Assembly (NCBI GenBank): GCA_025057905.1 | Contig: JANWUX010000001.1 | Coordinates: 20,155 to 84,154, forward strand | DNA from: Patescibacteria group bacterium | GTDB lineage: Bacteria > Patescibacteriota > Microgenomatia > UBA1406 > GWC2-37-13 | Reading direction: 5' to 3' | DNA: 64,000 bases | Part shown: in pieces, positions 46,563-55,457 of the stretch | Layout of the letters: every line of letters starts with the position of its first letter | Numbering within the stretch: the stretch's first letter is position 1 | Notes under the pieces: model-generated | What the model was told of the DNA's origin: nothing | The model's database searches: none | What the model saw: only the letters and a program-made list of their open reading frames with translations | Program-made: the position numbers and the translations under genes

Positions 46563-48299
46563 TTAACTAAAAAAGCCAAAAATATCGCCAACCTCAATCG
46601 GCCGGCCGTCATATCGAAGAATCTTTTCCTCGACGATCACCCCTGTCTCCATGGCCAACAACTTGCCAAACTGAGCCCAGGAATTGTTTTCAACAAGAAT
46701 GTATCTTTTGTTGGAAGAAAATAACTGCCTCACTTTCTCTCTGTCCAAAGGATAAAGATGCGTGAAGTGGTAAAAGCCTGTTGTTAGTCCTTTATCTCTA
46801 AGAAGACGCTGAGCCTCAAGAATCGTCCCCTTATTTGCTCCCCAGGAGACAAAGACAATCTCCGCCTCTTGACTACCATAAAACTTTGGCAAGAAAAAGT
46901 CTCTGGCAAGATAAGTTATCCATTTTCTGTTTCTTTTGTCAACCTGATCTTTTCTAGGCTTGGCCTCTTCAGTTGTGTGACCATCTTCAAGATGTTCGTA
47001 TGAGTTAGCCTGGTAAAAAAAGCCAGAAGTTCCAGGAATGAGTCTCTCAGAGATGCCATCATCCGTGACCTGATATCTCAAAAAATTCCTTGGCAAAGAA
47101 GAGGGTAACGAAGTTGTACCGTTGAGATTCAGCTTGCCTCGGTTGACGTGGTATTGAAAGAGAATCTCCTCAACCTTTTTTTTTCTTAAGCTTCGATGGC
47201 CCTCAGATAGATACATATCTGACAGAACAATCACTGGTGTTTGATAGTAATCAGTCAAGTCAAAGGCTTTGAGGGTCAGTTCGAGCATCTCTTCTTGATC
47301 ACCTGGGGCAAGAACAATCTTTGGAAACTCACCGTGGCCGGCAAAACAAGCAAACAATAGGTCTCCTTGTTCGGTCCAGGTCGGCATTCCAGTCGCCGGT
47401 CCGGGCCGAGAGGCGAGAAAAATAACGATTGGTATCTCGGCCACCCCGGCGAAAGAGATGCTTTCGACCATTAAAGAAAAACCACCGCCGGAGGTACCTA
47501 CCGCTGACCGGACCCCGGCAAAGGAAGCACCAAGAGCCGTGTTAATGACCGAGATCTCATCTTCCGCGTGGCGAACAATCATTTTTGTCTCGCTCTGCCA
47601 GGAAGCTAGAGTTGACAAAACCGACGAGGATGGTGTCATCGGGTAAGAAGCATACAATCGGCAATCGGCCGCCACTGCTGCAAGAGAAAAGCTATCATTA
47701 CCCGAAAGAACCAGTTGAGCCTCTTTGGACTCTCTTTCTTTTAAGTAGTCTTTTATTAAGTGAGAGTAGTTCTCCTTAACGAAGTTAAAACCTGCGTGAG
47801 CAAAACTTTGATTGAAAAAAATCACTTTTTCGCCCTTCTTCAAAAATTGCTCTCTAATTAGGTCATCCAGTATGACCAAATTACCGCCGACAAGAGCCAG
47901 AAGAGCTCCAAGAGCGATGGTGTTTTTCATCACTACCTTGCCTTTTAGCTCATCAATGATCTTTTTGAATGGCACCTTTACCTTAATAAATGGCGCCTCA
48001 AAATTGAACTCATCACCGTCAAAAATAACCGCGCTTTCTGAATGAAGAAGATGTCTTTGTTTATTAAAGGTGTCTTCATTGAGACAAACAAGAAAGTCAA
48101 CTTGTTTCTTAAGAGCAGTGATTGGTTGATCCGAGAAGGTGATTTCGTAAGCATTGTGGCCACCCCGAATTAGAGAGGGGTACTCAATATAATCGACGAT
48201 ATGATAGCCAGAACGGGCAGCCACCTTGGAGAAAAGCAAGCCGGTCGTCATAATTCCAAAGCCGGCCTCGCCACCGATTTTTACTGAGAGGGTTGCCAT
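46563..48299 (-). CDS. 2-oxoacid:ferredoxin oxidoreductase, fused gamma-alpha subunit
   Basis: 578 aa. An N-terminal gamma-type domain (KIGGEAGFGIMTTG) is followed by the alpha pyrimidine-binding domain (YPMTPSS...). Confidence 0.9.
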   Translation of the reverse strand: MATLSVKIGGEAGFGIMTTGLLFSKVAARSGYHIVDYIEYPSLIRGGHNAYEITFSDQPITALKKQVDFLVCLNEDTFNKQRHLLHSESAVIFDGDEFNFEAPFIKVKVPFKKIIDELKGKVVMKNTIALGALLALVGGNLVILDDLIREQFLKKGEKVIFFNQSFAHAGFNFVKENYSHLIKDYLKERESKEAQLVLSGNDSFSLAAVAADCRLYASYPMTPSSSVLSTLASWQSETKMIVRHAEDEISVINTALGASFAGVRSAVGTSGGGFSLMVESISFAGVAEIPIVIFLASRPGPATGMPTWTEQGDLLFACFAGHGEFPKIVLAPGDQEEMLELTLKAFDLTDYYQTPVIVLSDMYLSEGHRSLRKKKVEEILFQYHVNRGKLNLNGTTSLPSSLPRNFLRYQVTDDGISERLIPGTSGFFYQANSYEHLEDGHTTEEAKPRKDQVDKRNRKWITYLARDFFLPKFYGSQEAEIVFVSWGANKGTILEAQRLLRDKGLTTGFYHFTHLYPLDREKVRQLFSSNKRYILVENNSWAQFGKLLAMETGVIVEEKILRYDGRPIEVGDIFGFFS

Positions 48300-48304
48300 C
48301 TTGT

Positions 48305-48580
48305 TTATTCCTTGGGATAGATTCGATTCCCTTTTTCGTCCTCAATAATGATCGCTGAGACAGGACAGGCTTTAGCTGCATCAATAATCGTCTCAATCTT
48401 CTCCTGATCAGCCGTCTTGAGAATCACGGCCTTGGCTTCTGAATCAAGAGCAAAGGTTTTTTCCGAGACAGCTACACAGGTGGCCGCCCCGATGCACAAG
48501 GATCGATCAACATAAACAATGTAGCCCCGAGTTTTAACTGGACCTGAAGGTTTTTTCGAATCAAAAAGATTGTTAGTCAT
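48305..48580 (-). CDS. Small ferredoxin (single-cluster type)
   Basis: 91 aa from ATG 48580, with VDRSLCIGAATCVAVSEKTF and AAKACPVSAI. The start overlaps the sufU stop (TAATG). Confidence 0.7.
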   Translation of the reverse strand: MTNNLFDSKKPSGPVKTRGYIVYVDRSLCIGAATCVAVSEKTFALDSEAKAVILKTADQEKIETIIDAAKACPVSAIIIEDEKGNRIYPKE

Positions 48581-48948
48581 TATTTGTTTGAGGAAACTTT
48601 TAACCTTGAAACTGCTTCGAGTATCAAAAGAGCGCATTTTAATCTTGTCGGTCCAATCTCAATCCCTAGCATCTTAATAATAAAGTCTTTGGTAACTTTT
48701 TTCAAATATGAAACACTTTTACCTTTTAAAAACTCGGTAACCATCGAGGCCGAGGCAATTGACAAAGCACACCCTTTTCCGGAAAACTTTATCTTCTGGA
48801 TCTTTGAACCACTGACCATTAGGTAAACAGCCAGCTCATCACCACAAAAGGGGTTGGCGGCCTGAGAAAAGTGAGTCGGCTGATCAAGCCGGCCGAAGTT
48901 TCGGGGATAACGATAGTGATCTAGAATAAGCTCACTGTAAAGATTCAT
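48580..48948 (-). CDS. sufU: Fe-S cluster scaffold SufU/IscU-like
   Basis: 122 aa with NPFCGDEL, GKGCALSIASASM and PTRLKCALL (three-Cys scaffold). Confidence 0.85.
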   Translation of the reverse strand: MNLYSELILDHYRYPRNFGRLDQPTHFSQAANPFCGDELAVYLMVSGSKIQKIKFSGKGCALSIASASMVTEFLKGKSVSYLKKVTKDFIIKMLGIEIGPTRLKCALLILEAVSRLKVSSNK

Positions 48949-50177
48949 TTACCAAGAAGAGTTTCAACTTTCTTAAGGCCATCAATCAAGTGTTCTATAT
49001 CCTCAAGATCATTGTAAAGATAAAAACTCACTCGCGTGGTCGCCAGCTGTCCAAGACGCTGATGAAGCGGCATGGCGCAGTGATGGCCAGCGCGAACGGC
49101 AATACCCTGCTTATCCAAAATCGAGGCAATATCATGAGGATGAAAGTTGCTGAAAGTGAATGAGATTATCCCGGCTCTTTTTTCCGGATCAGCCGGGCCA
49201 AAGATGGTGATTTTCTTATCAAACGTCTCTTTTAGTCTTCTTAGAGCCATTGTTGTCAAGGTCCGCTCATGATCAGCGATTTTTTTTAGACCGATCTTTT
49301 TCAAATACCTAATCGCCTCACCCAAACCAATCACCTCGCCAATAGCCGGCGTTCCGGCTTCAAACTTATGCGGCGGTTTCTTGAAGGTTGTTTTTTTGAT
49401 TGTCACCGTCTCGATCATCTCTCCACCGAAGTTAAAAGGAAAGATCTCCTTGAGAATCTCTTTCTTCCCCCAAAGAACGCCAACACCGGTTGGCCCAAGC
49501 ATTTTGTGAGAAGAAAAAGCCAAAAAATCGGCGCCAAGATCTCTAACATTAACCTCTTGATGAGGAACCGCCTGGGCGGCATCAACAACATTAATAATCT
49601 TTGAGTTGACCTTTTTGACCAACTTAAAAATTTTTAAGACTGGATTGATCGTTCCCAAGACATTGGAAACAAGAACCAACGAAACAATCTTGGTTCTTCT
49701 GGTAATAAGCGGGGCGAGTTTTTTTTCTAAATTATCATGACACTCAAGAAAACCTTGGTCGTCAATATTGAGAATTTTTAGCTTGGCGCCGGTTTCGCTG
49801 GCAAGCGCCTGCCAGGGAACAAAATTAGCGTGATGCTCCATGATTGAAAGAATAATCTCGTCGTCTTTGTCGATGATCTTTCTTCCCAAACTGTAGGCAA
49901 CTAGATTTATCGCCTCTGTCGTGTTTCGGGTAAAAATAATCTCGTCTTTATCTCCACCAATAAGTTCCGCTACTAACCTTCGAGCGGTCTCAAACTCATC
50001 TGTCGCTTTCTCGGAGATCCGGTAGACGCCACGAAAAACATTGGCTGAGTAAGCAGAGTAGTACTCGGTGATTTTTTCAATGACTGACTTTGGCTTAAGC
50101 GAGGTGGCGGCCGAATCAAGGTAAATCAAGCCAGGATTGTTCTTGAAAACAGGAAAATCTTTCTTTGTGGCCAACAT
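48945..50177 (-). CDS. sufS: Cysteine desulfurase SufS
   Basis: Motifs are IYLDSAATS, HHANFVPW, SSHKMLGPTGVG (PLP Lys) and RAGHHCAMPL (catalytic Cys). Confidence 0.95.
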   Translation of the reverse strand: MLATKKDFPVFKNNPGLIYLDSAATSLKPKSVIEKITEYYSAYSANVFRGVYRISEKATDEFETARRLVAELIGGDKDEIIFTRNTTEAINLVAYSLGRKIIDKDDEIILSIMEHHANFVPWQALASETGAKLKILNIDDQGFLECHDNLEKKLAPLITRRTKIVSLVLVSNVLGTINPVLKIFKLVKKVNSKIINVVDAAQAVPHQEVNVRDLGADFLAFSSHKMLGPTGVGVLWGKKEILKEIFPFNFGGEMIETVTIKKTTFKKPPHKFEAGTPAIGEVIGLGEAIRYLKKIGLKKIADHERTLTTMALRRLKETFDKKITIFGPADPEKRAGIISFTFSNFHPHDIASILDKQGIAVRAGHHCAMPLHQRLGQLATTRVSFYLYNDLEDIEHLIDGLKKVETLLGK

Positions 50178-50183
50178 GATCAG

Positions 50184-50765
50184 CTAAGGTTTTTGATTAA
50201 CAATCTGATCTATCTTTTGCCTAACTTCCTCGATGAATCCGTCAACCAGGAGCTGTTTAGCTTTATTTAGACTCAAGCCACGAGTCATCAAGTAGAAAAT
50301 CTCTTCCTCATTTAAAAAACCAGTGGTTGAGCCGTGAGTGCAGAAAACATCATTGGCCAAGATCTCGAGATTGGGATTGGACTCAACCTTCGCTTGAGAA
50401 GAAAGAACCAAGTTTTGATTTTTCTGGTAAGCGTGAGACTTCTGAGCTTGTTTTTCGATCCGTATTAGACCATCATAGACAAACCGAGCCTGATCATAAA
50501 AAACTCCCTTAATGAGAAGATTTGATCGTGAATTGGGCGCCCGATGATGCTGGATAGTTTGAACCTGAAACACAGACTGATTTTTTCCCAAGTAAAGTCC
50601 ATAAATATTCACTTCAACTTCCGACGCTTTCAAATCAACCACGAGTCTACCAGAGAAGTTTTCAAACCAAACCACATAACTCTTCCCCTCCTTATCAAAG
50701 ACTAAATAATAATCCTGGTTTTTTTTCAGGTGAATAACTTCCGGTTCTTCTTTAGCAATAATCAT
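50184..50765 (-). CDS. sufD: Minimal SufD-like protein (SufB/D beta-helix core only)
   Basis: 193 aa with HHRAPNSRSNLLIKGV, NPNLEILANDVFCTHGSTTG and FYLMTRGL. This is less than half the usual SufD length. Confidence 0.7.
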   Translation of the reverse strand: MIIAKEEPEVIHLKKNQDYYLVFDKEGKSYVVWFENFSGRLVVDLKASEVEVNIYGLYLGKNQSVFQVQTIQHHRAPNSRSNLLIKGVFYDQARFVYDGLIRIEKQAQKSHAYQKNQNLVLSSQAKVESNPNLEILANDVFCTHGSTTGFLNEEEIFYLMTRGLSLNKAKQLLVDGFIEEVRQKIDQIVNQKP

Positions 50766-50791
50766 AAATTAAGATAGACGAAGATAATCAT

Positions 50792-52189
50792 CTAGCCGAC
50801 TGAACCAGACATCTCCAGGTTGATAAGACGATTAAGTTCAATTGAGTACTCAAGGGGAATTTCTTTAGTCACTGGTTCAATAAAACCATTAACCAAAAGC
50901 CCCTCGGCCTCAGCTTTTTTGATTCCCCGCGATTGAAGATAAAAGAGCTTCTCCTCGCCCAATCTCTCAACCGTCGCCTCGTGCTGAATAAAGGTTTTCC
51001 AGGTTTCAATCTTCATGGTCGGGTAGGTGTCCGAGCGAGATCTCTCATCAAGAATCAAGGCATCACAGCTGACATACGAAAACGAGAACTCAGCTCGCGG
51101 TGAAACATAGACCAAGCCTCGATAAGAGGTTCGACCACCTCGGCCGGCAATTGATTTGGAAATAATTCTCGAAGAGGTTTCTGGTGCCAGATGAATCATC
51201 TTTGCCCCAGCATCCTGAAGCTGATTTTCCGAAGCATAAGCAATCGACAAAACCTCTCCCCGGGCTTTTCTGCCGGCAAGGATGCATGAAGGATACTTCA
51301 TTGTTACTCTGCTGCCGATGTTGCAATCAACCCACTCCATTACCGCCTCTTCCTCAACCTTGGCTCTTTTGGTGACTAGATTGTAGACATTTTTACTCCA
51401 GTTTTGAACGGTGGTGTACCTAACTCTGGCGCCTTTCTTGACAATAATCTCAACAACGGCAGCATGAAGCGAGTCACTTGTGTAAATTGGCGCCGTACAC
51501 CCTTCAATGTAGTGAACATAGCTCCCTTCCTCGGCGATGATAAGAGTTCTTTCAAACTGGCCAAAATTCTTGGCGTTAATTCGAAAATAAGCCTGAAGGG
51601 GAAGCGAAACCTTGACTCCGGTTGGAACATAAACAAACGATCCGCCTGACCAGACGGCACTGTTAAGAGAGGCGAATTTGTTATCGTGAGGAGAAACGAC
51701 GGTGCCGAAGTATTCTTTGACAATCTTCGGGTAGTCTCTGACGGCCGTGTCCATGTCAACAAAAATCACTCCCTGGCGGGCCAGTTCTTTTTGAATACTT
51801 TTGTAAACGACTTCCGACTCATACTGGGCCGAGACTCCAGCCAGAAACTTTTTTTCTGCCTCAGGAACACCGATCTTATCATAGGTCTCCTTTATTTCCC
51901 TCGGCAATTCGTCCCAGGTTTTTTTTTGGTCTTCAGTCGGCTTTATGTAGTAATAAATGTCATCAAAGTTAATCCCAGAGAGATCTGCCCCCCAGCTTGG
52001 CAAAGGTCTTTTTTTAAAAGCCTGATAAGCCTTAAGCCGAAACTCAGTCATCCAGACCGGCTCTTTTTTAAAATAAGAAATCTCTTTGACAATATCACTA
52101 TCCAGCCCCTTTCTTGTCTTAAAGACATATTTTTCTGGCATCGAGAAGCCGTATCGATAATCGAAATGAAGACTTTGATTGTCAGTCAT
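50792..52189 (-). CDS. sufB: Fe-S cluster assembly protein SufB
   Basis: Motifs are GSYVHYIEGCTAP and RGLVYVSPRA, with the C-terminal FYLQSRGI. The start is taken at ATG 52189, 1 nt after the sufC stop. The track ORF extends to 52222. Confidence 0.95.
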   Translation of the reverse strand: MTDNQSLHFDYRYGFSMPEKYVFKTRKGLDSDIVKEISYFKKEPVWMTEFRLKAYQAFKKRPLPSWGADLSGINFDDIYYYIKPTEDQKKTWDELPREIKETYDKIGVPEAEKKFLAGVSAQYESEVVYKSIQKELARQGVIFVDMDTAVRDYPKIVKEYFGTVVSPHDNKFASLNSAVWSGGSFVYVPTGVKVSLPLQAYFRINAKNFGQFERTLIIAEEGSYVHYIEGCTAPIYTSDSLHAAVVEIIVKKGARVRYTTVQNWSKNVYNLVTKRAKVEEEAVMEWVDCNIGSRVTMKYPSCILAGRKARGEVLSIAYASENQLQDAGAKMIHLAPETSSRIISKSIAGRGGRTSYRGLVYVSPRAEFSFSYVSCDALILDERSRSDTYPTMKIETWKTFIQHEATVERLGEEKLFYLQSRGIKKAEAEGLLVNGFIEPVTKEIPLEYSIELNRLINLEMSGSVG

Positions 52190-52190
52190 T

Positions 52191-52904
52191 TTAGCGATAA
52201 AACTGGTAACCCTTATCTTCAATCTCGGCCACTAACTCCTGACCGCCTTCTCTCTTTATCTGACCATCAATGATCACCAAAACCTTGTCTGGATTGATAT
52301 ATCTGAGGATCCGCGAGTAGTGAGTGATAAGAACAATGGTCCTTCCTTTCTTAAACTCTTCAAGAAATCTGCCAATTGATTTCAAGGCATCAATGTCAAC
52401 ACCGGTGTCAATTTCATCAAGAATAACAAACTTTGGCTTAATGACGGCTGCCTGAAGCATCTCAAGCTTCTTTCTCTCGCCTCCAGAGGCACCCTCGTTA
52501 AGAGAACGGCTAAGAAGTTCTTTTTTTACGTGAAGCTTCTTGGCAACAGCCTCAATCTCCTTTTTAAGACTCAGGGGATCAGCCTCCTCTCCCAGCGACA
52601 ATCTCAGCAGTTGAAAAGCATTGACGCCATTGAGAGAAAGTGGCGTCTGAAAAGAAAGAAACATCCCTTTCTTAGCCCGTTTATCAGGCGAAAGGTCAGT
52701 TATGTCCTCCTCGCAAAAATAGATTTTCGAGCCCTCTTCTAGTTGATAGGCCGGGTGGCCGGCCAAAGCATAGGCAAAGGTCGATTTTCCTGAGCCATTT
52801 GGACCCATAAGACAGTAGACTCTGTCGGGCTCAAAAGTGAACTTAATGTTCTTGAGAATTACCTTATCCCCAATCTTAACGGTAAAATTATCCAGACGAA
52901 TCAT
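52191..52904 (-). CDS. sufC: Fe-S cluster assembly ATPase SufC
   Basis: The ABC motifs are GPNGSGKST, LNEGASGGERKK and ILDEIDTG. An AAGGAG Shine-Dalgarno sequence lies upstream. Confidence 0.95.
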   Translation of the reverse strand: MIRLDNFTVKIGDKVILKNIKFTFEPDRVYCLMGPNGSGKSTFAYALAGHPAYQLEEGSKIYFCEEDITDLSPDKRAKKGMFLSFQTPLSLNGVNAFQLLRLSLGEEADPLSLKKEIEAVAKKLHVKKELLSRSLNEGASGGERKKLEMLQAAVIKPKFVILDEIDTGVDIDALKSIGRFLEEFKKGRTIVLITHYSRILRYINPDKVLVIIDGQIKREGGQELVAEIEDKGYQFYR

Positions 52905-52908
52905 AAAA

Positions 52909-53039
52909 CTAAATAATCTCCTTCAATTTGTAACTCTTCATATTGTCAATGATGATTTGTCGAAGTTTTCACTGAAAAAGATCCCGATGCTGGCAGACTG
53001 ATTCATAAGGACAAAAATAGCCCAGCTGACCACAGTCTG
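52909..53039 (-). pseudogene. Out-of-frame and stop-interrupted C-terminal remnant of the Rrf2 regulator (Cys-x6-Cys-x5-Cys-x-His segment plus terminal helix)
   Basis: Own translation one frame off from the wHTH ORF gives TDCGQLGYFCPYESVCQHRDLFQ-TGA-KLRQIIIDNMKSYKLKEII-TAG. The frame is restored by adding one T to the T6 run at 53042-53047. Confidence 0.55.
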
Positions 53040-53303
53040 TTAAAAAACATCTTTTTCAAAAATCTCCAAATAGTCATAAATTGTCATCTTGGCTACTTTG
53101 TCAGTAAGGCGATAGCCACCGCTTTTTGCTACAGCGCTCTCCAGCAGACCTTCTTTTTTTAGGATGTTGGCGATTCTCGCTAAAAACCGCCAGGGAGGAT
53201 TGGTTTTTCTAACAATCGATGACAAAGAGACATAATTATTCCTGTTCTTCAAAAAAGACAAAAGGATCAGTCCGTAATCAGACTGCTTGGAAATTCTTAA
53301 CAT
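53040..53303 (-). CDS. Rrf2-family winged-helix regulator, truncated (DNA-binding domain only)
   Basis: 87 aa from ATG 53303: MLRISKQSDYGLILLSFLKN...ANILKKEGLLESAVAKSGGYRL. It sits immediately upstream of the suf operon. The 135-aa track ORF is an N-terminal over-extension. Confidence 0.7.
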   Translation of the reverse strand: MLRISKQSDYGLILLSFLKNRNNYVSLSSIVRKTNPPWRFLARIANILKKEGLLESAVAKSGGYRLTDKVAKMTIYDYLEIFEKDVF

Positions 53304-53358
53304 ATACCTTTCTAGTAAAAGTTTAATCGAGAAGATCAAAAAAAACAATCCTTTCCGA

Positions 53359-54429
53359 CTAGAGAAGCAGGCGTGGTTGACGATCGAGAGTTTGGGGATC
53401 AGCAATAAACTTCCCCTGAAGCGCTTTGTAGTAGCCAACAACTCCAATCATCGCCGCGTTGTCACCGGTAAGATAAGGATACGAAGGAAATAAAACATCG
53501 CCCTGATATTTCTTGGCCAAGCCTCGAAAGAGAGTCCGAAGGTAGCGGTTAGCCGAGACCCCACCAACCAAACAAAGATTTTTGATTCCGGTTTCTCTAA
53601 TTGCTCGCTCTGTTTTTTTGACAAGAGTCTCAAATACTGCCTGCTGGAAAGAAGAAGTCAGTTGGTAAAGGTCTGTCTTTTTTTCGATGATGAAGGTCGT
53701 TGAGAAGGAATACCTCTGCTTGAGGTAATAATAGAAGGATGTTTTTAAGCCAGAGAAGGAAAAGTCAAGCTGGTTAGTTTTTAGCATGGGTCTTGGGAAT
53801 CGGTGAAAATCTTGGTTGTTGACCTGTTTGGCAAGTCTCTCAATCACTGGTCCACCAGGATAGCCTAAACCAAGTAGCTTAGCTGCCTTATCCAAAGCCT
53901 CACCAGCGGCATCATCGACTGTCTCGCCAAGCATCTGATAGCTAAGATGATCATTAAAAACAACTAAGTTTGTATGTCCGCCAGACGCGACCAAGACCAG
54001 ATAAGGGAACCGAAACTCTCTTTCTGGTTTCCCGGTTCGGTTTTGGACAAAAGGTGAGTAAAGGTGCCCTTCGAGGTGATTTATGGCAATCAGTTTTTTT
54101 TCGTATTTGGCTGACAGTTCTTTTGCCTTTTTTATTCCCACTTCCAAAGCAACAGCCAGCCCTGGTCCCTGGGTGACGGCAACGAAGCCGATCTTTGCCA
54201 GACTAAAACCTGAGTCTTTGAGTCTAAGCTTTCTCACTGCCTCTTCAATGACAAAATCAATTTTCTCCTCGTGAGCTCTTTTTGCCAGAGACGGAACCAC
54301 CCCACCCCACTTTTTGTGAATCAAAGCTTGTGAATAAATAACATTTGAAAGAACTCGCCTGCCTTCAGTGATTGCCACGGCTGTCTCATCACAGGAAGTA
54401 TCAATTGCAAGGATTCTTATCATCGACAT
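53359..54429 (-). CDS. tsaD: tRNA N6-adenosine threonylcarbamoyltransferase TsaD
   Basis: Motifs are ILAIDTSCDETAVAI, INHLEGH, SGGHT and VGGVSAN. The start is at ATG 54429 or 54423. Confidence 0.9.
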   Translation of the reverse strand: MSMIRILAIDTSCDETAVAITEGRRVLSNVIYSQALIHKKWGGVVPSLAKRAHEEKIDFVIEEAVRKLRLKDSGFSLAKIGFVAVTQGPGLAVALEVGIKKAKELSAKYEKKLIAINHLEGHLYSPFVQNRTGKPEREFRFPYLVLVASGGHTNLVVFNDHLSYQMLGETVDDAAGEALDKAAKLLGLGYPGGPVIERLAKQVNNQDFHRFPRPMLKTNQLDFSFSGLKTSFYYYLKQRYSFSTTFIIEKKTDLYQLTSSFQQAVFETLVKKTERAIRETGIKNLCLVGGVSANRYLRTLFRGLAKKYQGDVLFPSYPYLTGDNAAMIGVVGYYKALQGKFIADPQTLDRQPRLLL

Positions 54430-55156
54430 CAGAATAAATTTTGACCTGACCAAGTCCCATACTGGTTTTCATTCCCAGACCAAAAAAACTTAGTGCCTCA
54501 ATATCAGCTGATCTGCTTTCAAGAGAGATTTTCATCCAACCATAAGCGCCGTAGTAGGTAGAAAAAGGTTTGAGATCAACTTTTCTTGTCTCAAGTTTCT
54601 TTTCCAGAATCTTGAACTCTGGAAGAAAATAGATAACCTGACCCCGGTAAATCTCTTTCTGATGGTCGTAAAAGGAGTTTTTAATCGTTTCTTCTGAGGG
54701 ATTTAGGTTGTATTGATTGTTTTTTCTAAAAACTAGCGGGGTGATTGTCTTGATTATTATATTTTTGGCGTTTACTTTTTGTCGATGAGTTTTTTCGTAA
54801 AAAAATCTTTGTTTTGCCAACGTGGGAGGCAAAGAGTTGTCTTGTCTGAGATAGATTTTTTTTATTAGAAAATCTTTTCTGATGGTGATTTTTTTTTCAT
54901 TAAGGAGTGCTGAAAGAAAAAGCGAGGAGACTTCCTCGTCAAGAAGATTAAAAGTAACAAAAACTCGCTCTTTGATAATAAAGGGCGGAACCAGAGTGAA
55001 CGGTTTTTTTACATTCTTTTGATGATATTTGGTGGCTTTGGTGGGGAAACTGGTCTCGATTGTTCTTAAAAAACAGCTGTAGGTCTCATAGCCAAGAAAC
55101 TCTTTTCTGACTAGATCGATATCGCCATCAAGTTCGAGAATGATTTTTCTGAGCAT
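54401..55156 (-). CDS. cas6: CRISPR repeat endoribonuclease Cas6
   Basis: 251-aa RAMP protein with the C-terminal glycine-rich loop FFGLGMKTSMGLGQV. It sits directly after cas2. Confidence 0.8.
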   Translation of the reverse strand: MLRKIILELDGDIDLVRKEFLGYETYSCFLRTIETSFPTKATKYHQKNVKKPFTLVPPFIIKERVFVTFNLLDEEVSSLFLSALLNEKKITIRKDFLIKKIYLRQDNSLPPTLAKQRFFYEKTHRQKVNAKNIIIKTITPLVFRKNNQYNLNPSEETIKNSFYDHQKEIYRGQVIYFLPEFKILEKKLETRKVDLKPFSTYYGAYGWMKISLESRSADIEALSFFGLGMKTSMGLGQVKIYSDVDDKNPCN

Positions 55157-55163
55157 CTTTGAA

Positions 55164-55457
55164 TTAAAGAATGTCGTAAGCTGTCAATTTTACCGCAGGC
55201 AGATGAAAAATCTTGTAAAAACAGTTTTCACAGAGTATTGATAAACCAAGTTTGTCCTCATTCTTTTTTATCTTTTTGAAGTAATCAACAATTCTATTCT
55301 TATCCTTATGATCTATGAAGATTAGGAAAACGCTTTTTTGAATTCTGTTACCAAACTTTCTGAGAAATCTTGCTAGCTTGTTTCTCCTAGCATCGTCTTC
55401 AATGTCGTAGAAACACAGGTATTTACTTTTCCTTTTCTTTAAGAGAATCTTTTTCAT
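55164..55457 (-). CDS. cas2: CRISPR adaptation protein Cas2
   Basis: 97 aa with YLCFYDIEDDARRNKLARFLRKFGNRIQKSVFL. Confidence 0.9.
   Translation of the reverse strand: MKKILLKKRKSKYLCFYDIEDDARRNKLARFLRKFGNRIQKSVFLIFIDHKDKNRIVDYFKKIKKNEDKLGLSILCENCFYKIFHLPAVKLTAYDIL

Noticed and set aside
51090-52273. Cluster of ORFs overlapping sufB (51090-51326, 51184-51375, 51376-51762, 51404-51649, 51686-52273).
   Set aside because: All overlap the strongly conserved sufB frame. None has recognisable motifs, so they are shadow frames.
52969-52971. In-frame TGA in the Rrf2 remnant as evidence for UGA recoding (code 4 or 25).
   Set aside because: The metG, dtd and Wzy_C-like ORFs all end at TGA at family-typical lengths, and the next gene starts at or just past that stop. 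All long conserved genes are intact under the standard code. A nonsense mutation is the simpler reading.
53304-53447. N-terminal extension of the Rrf2 ORF (135-aa version). Similar extensions occur for rpsO (to 26007), trpS (GTG 31574), rarA (32628), sufB (52222) and tsaD (54453).
   Set aside because: Family alignments start at the internal Met. The extensions overlap the upstream gene or promoter and are not family-like.
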